A stretch of DNA of 64,000 bases, taken from NCBI GenBank assembly GCA_963827275.1, contig CAWHAA010000001.1:96001-160000 (forward strand), in the 5' to 3' direction. The position numbers were made by a program, and so were the translations under genes. Numbering within the stretch: the stretch's first letter is position 1; the number at the start of each line of letters is the position of its first letter. The DNA comes from an uncultured Spirochaetota bacterium (GTDB lineage Bacteria > Spirochaetota > UBA4802 > UBA5550). The notes under the pieces were generated by a model. It was not told the origin of the DNA and made no database searches. It saw only the letters and a list, made by a program, of their open reading frames with translations. This document shows positions 61,031-64,000 of the stretch, piece by piece.

Positions 61031-63010
61031 CTATACACCCAGTTCATTCAGTACTTTCAGGTATAAATCAAAATAATCAGAACTTGCGAATTTTTTTATG
61101 GTTTCTTCCGGCAGTTTTTCGAACAACCCGTCAAGGTATTTCAAAAGCATCTTGATGTTCATCTGCTTGCCCTCGGGGAACCCGCTGATAAACCGCTCGA
61201 CATCGGCCTTGTCTTCGAGAATTACCACGCGGTCCGTGATATCGAACATGCTCTCCGGGGCCGTCTCTTTTTCAAGCTGACCGCCCCGCATTTCCTCGTG
61301 ACTGCCGTCAACAACAGCTGCGACCTGTCCGGCGTCCGGGGGAGGAAGCTCCGCCGCGCGTTCAGCGTTCATGGCCCTTTCAAACATTGCGGCAATTTCA
61401 GCGTCCGATTTTCCCGTGCGACGCTTCAGCTGCGCCCTGATTTCCTCCACGTCCTCTTCGAATATCAGCGCGCTTCCGGCGGAAATATCGCTTTCAATCG
61501 AATCACGCTCCATGTCCCTGATGCTGTTTTCAGCGGGGAGCAGGTACCGGCAGCTCTTGCTGCCTTTTGCACGCTCCTCCATGGACCCCCGGTCAAATTC
61601 ATACATCTGGTAGCGGTCGTAAAGATGGATATCCTTGAACTCCGCCTTAAACAGAAGGTCTTCTATCGTATCGAACTCATCGGCGGTCATCCCGAGGAGT
61701 TCCACCCTCGCGGGGACCGTGCGGCCGCCCTTCGTGCCGAAGAATTCATCAATCTCCCTGATGTAATCCCCGTAGTCCTCTTCTGCGATGGCGGTATGGA
61801 TATAATCGAGCTCCTCGTCGCCGTATTTATAATCGAGATCAACGAATAATTCTTCATCGACCTGCGCCAGATCATCCGTGAGCACCGCTATCCGCTCGCG
61901 GTCCTCTTCGACGTCAGCCTCTCCGAGCACGTATGCGGGCCCTTCGTCAAAGCGTACGATCCCTGATATTATCCTGTCCAGCTCTCCGTCATCCGCAACG
62001 CCTGTCGTATCACCTTCAGCTGCGCCGGTCCGGTCATCAACAAAGACCACGGTGCCGGCTTCACCCTGCGGCGCGCGGGCAGCTCCTTGATGTATGATCG
62101 GCCCGGTCCCGTCATCCGGCGCTTCAGGCCCAAGCGGCCTGCGGGCCGCAGGAGCCGCACCGGCCGATGGCGCGCCGTCAGCTTCCGGGCGCTCAGCCGG
62201 GGCCATCTTTTTCCCGCCGGTCTCCCGGAGCGGCCCCGGTCGTTCGGTAAGCTCTTCCCTGGAAATGACCACTTCGTCATCATCCTGTTGCGTCCCGGAC
62301 ACATCGTCAGCGGGGGTTTCCCGCATTGGCTCACGGGCATCTACCGCTGCGTGCCCCGCGGCCTGCTTCTCCTCACCCGCCTTTTTCGACACACCGGCCG
62401 AATCGATTTCCTCATCCGGCATGTCCCAGATGACATATTCATCATCGCGTTCCACATACCCTTCACGCGACGCAGTTTTTTCCTGGTCGAGCGCCTGTTG
62501 CGGTGTTTCACCGCCATCACCGATTGCTTCCCGGCTTGCTATAACGCCGCGCTTCGCATCATCTCCGTAGCCGGGAGCGCGACTGTCAGCCTGGACCCCG
62601 GCGCCCTGCCTGGCTTCCTCTGCCGGTGAGCTCCCTGGAATTTTCCGATCCCTGTCCGATGCGAGTTCATTCGTCCCCGCATGGGGCCCGGGTATATCAC
62701 GAAACGTTCTTTCGCGCACCTTCCCCCAATCACCGATGCTCGATTTGTCGCCGTCATCCGCATCACCGGGCATAGCAGGACCAGGGGTTTTTTCCGGTAT
62801 CAGTTCAAAGTCCTCAAGCCCCTCGATGATCTCATTTTCATTGATAAAAAGAATATCCTCGCTGGCTATAGATTCAGCTTCCCGCAGGTCGATCTTCCCT
62901 ATTTCATCGATATTGAAATCCCTGGGCAGTTTCTTCTTAACGCTCTCCGGCAGTTCGATTACAATACCGCCGGTTGTAGCGCCTGGATCATGTTGGGTGC
63001 CTTTAAGCAT
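61031..63010 (-). CDS. Acidic low-complexity hypothetical protein
   Basis: 659 aa, Asp/Glu-rich, disordered middle, compact C-terminus LLKYLDGLFEKLPEE...YFDLY.KVLNELGV. Confidence 0.7.
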   Translation of the reverse strand: MLKGTQHDPGATTGGIVIELPESVKKKLPRDFNIDEIGKIDLREAESIASEDILFINENEIIEGLEDFELIPEKTPGPAMPGDADDGDKSSIGDWGKVRERTFRDIPGPHAGTNELASDRDRKIPGSSPAEEARQGAGVQADSRAPGYGDDAKRGVIASREAIGDGGETPQQALDQEKTASREGYVERDDEYVIWDMPDEEIDSAGVSKKAGEEKQAAGHAAVDAREPMRETPADDVSGTQQDDDEVVISREELTERPGPLRETGGKKMAPAERPEADGAPSAGAAPAARRPLGPEAPDDGTGPIIHQGAARAPQGEAGTVVFVDDRTGAAEGDTTGVADDGELDRIISGIVRFDEGPAYVLGEADVEEDRERIAVLTDDLAQVDEELFVDLDYKYGDEELDYIHTAIAEEDYGDYIREIDEFFGTKGGRTVPARVELLGMTADEFDTIEDLLFKAEFKDIHLYDRYQMYEFDRGSMEERAKGSKSCRYLLPAENSIRDMERDSIESDISAGSALIFEEDVEEIRAQLKRRTGKSDAEIAAMFERAMNAERAAELPPPDAGQVAAVVDGSHEEMRGGQLEKETAPESMFDITDRVVILEDKADVERFISGFPEGKQMNIKMLLKYLDGLFEKLPEETIKKFASSDYFDLYLKVLNELGV

Positions 63011-63172
63011 AGTTATCAGCTTCTCACGCTCGATAGTTCATTAAATTTAGAGACATAATTGATACAGCCCACGGGAATATACTAAAACGGAATTCCCTAC
63101 ATATAATATCGAAAAAACAATAAAATAAATCAAGATTTTTAATTCCGGCGGGCTTTCCAGGGGGTTCAAAGC

Positions 63173-63201
63173 AAAAAGGATGGCTTTTCAGCCATCCTTT
63201 T
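63173..63201. terminator. Rho-independent terminator of the atp operon
   Basis: AAAAAGGATGGCT-TTTC-AGCCATCCTTTT. Confidence 0.85.
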
Positions 63202-63238
63202 AAGTGAAACTATATGGTAAATGTAATCAAATCTGTAC

Positions 63239-63643
63239 TTATCTGCTTGCGACCTTTATCCGGGCCTTGATCTTCTTCTCGTCGATCTGGAACCTCATCC
63301 ATTCAGGAGAGAATGCCTTTATTTCTCTCTCTTTCTGCTCCTGCAGGTCTTTCAGTTTTACTTCAAGATCCTGCTTGTTGAGCTCATCCTTCGCACACGC
63401 TGTTTCAGCAAGGATGATGAGCTTGTTGTCCCGGATCTCGACGACCCCGCCCTCGACAACGAAGAATTTTGTATCTTTGCCGTCCTGCAGCCGTATCTCG
63501 CCGATTCCGAGTTCTGAGATAAGCGGAGCGTGATCAACAAGGAAACCCATCTCTCCGTTATGAGCCTGTACTACAGCGAAGGCTATGTCACCCTCGAATA
63601 TGTAGCGATCCGGCGTTAATATGCTGCATTTTATTTTCTTCAT
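63239..63643 (-). CDS. atpC: F0F1 ATP synthase epsilon subunit
   Basis: ILTPDR, GEMGFL.DHAPLISEL, VEGGVVEI. Confidence 0.95.
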   Translation of the reverse strand: MKKIKCSILTPDRYIFEGDIAFAVVQAHNGEMGFLVDHAPLISELGIGEIRLQDGKDTKFFVVEGGVVEIRDNKLIILAETACAKDELNKQDLEVKLKDLQEQKEREIKAFSPEWMRFQIDEKKIKARIKVASR

Positions 63644-63649
63644 CTGGTA

Positions 63650-64000
<351 letters not shown>

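Overview
Bacterial chromosomal segment, most likely from an uncultured, GC-rich, anaerobic spirochaete related to Leptospirales. This is inferred from FcpA-like, LipL31-like and DUF1564-like genes alongside anaerobic markers (RnfB-like, DUF39/NIL homocysteine pathway). Housekeeping genes (pyrG, mfd, folK, murB, cysS, rlmB, lepA, glgP, atpC, atpD) are mixed with accessory blocks. Several genes, including essential ones, carry single-base frameshifts that are probably long-read or assembly errors. Highlights: (1) a FAAL-ACP-serine palmitoyltransferase-like operon divergent from a reductase with the eukaryotic KDSR/TSC10 signature, i.e. a candidate sphingoid-base pathway in a spirochaete; (2) a dispersed palindromic repeat family (CCGATAACTATCGG plus GG[G/T]GTCAGAG) forming 42-44 bp arrays at gene ends, with a near-complete copy inside a DUF1564/RHH-like gene sitting between umuD and umuC; (3) two tandem giant paralogous lipoproteins; (4) an orphan rnfB coupled to fliG next to a ~160-nt rod-like structured RNA candidate. 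All family assignments come from motif recognition; no database searches were run.
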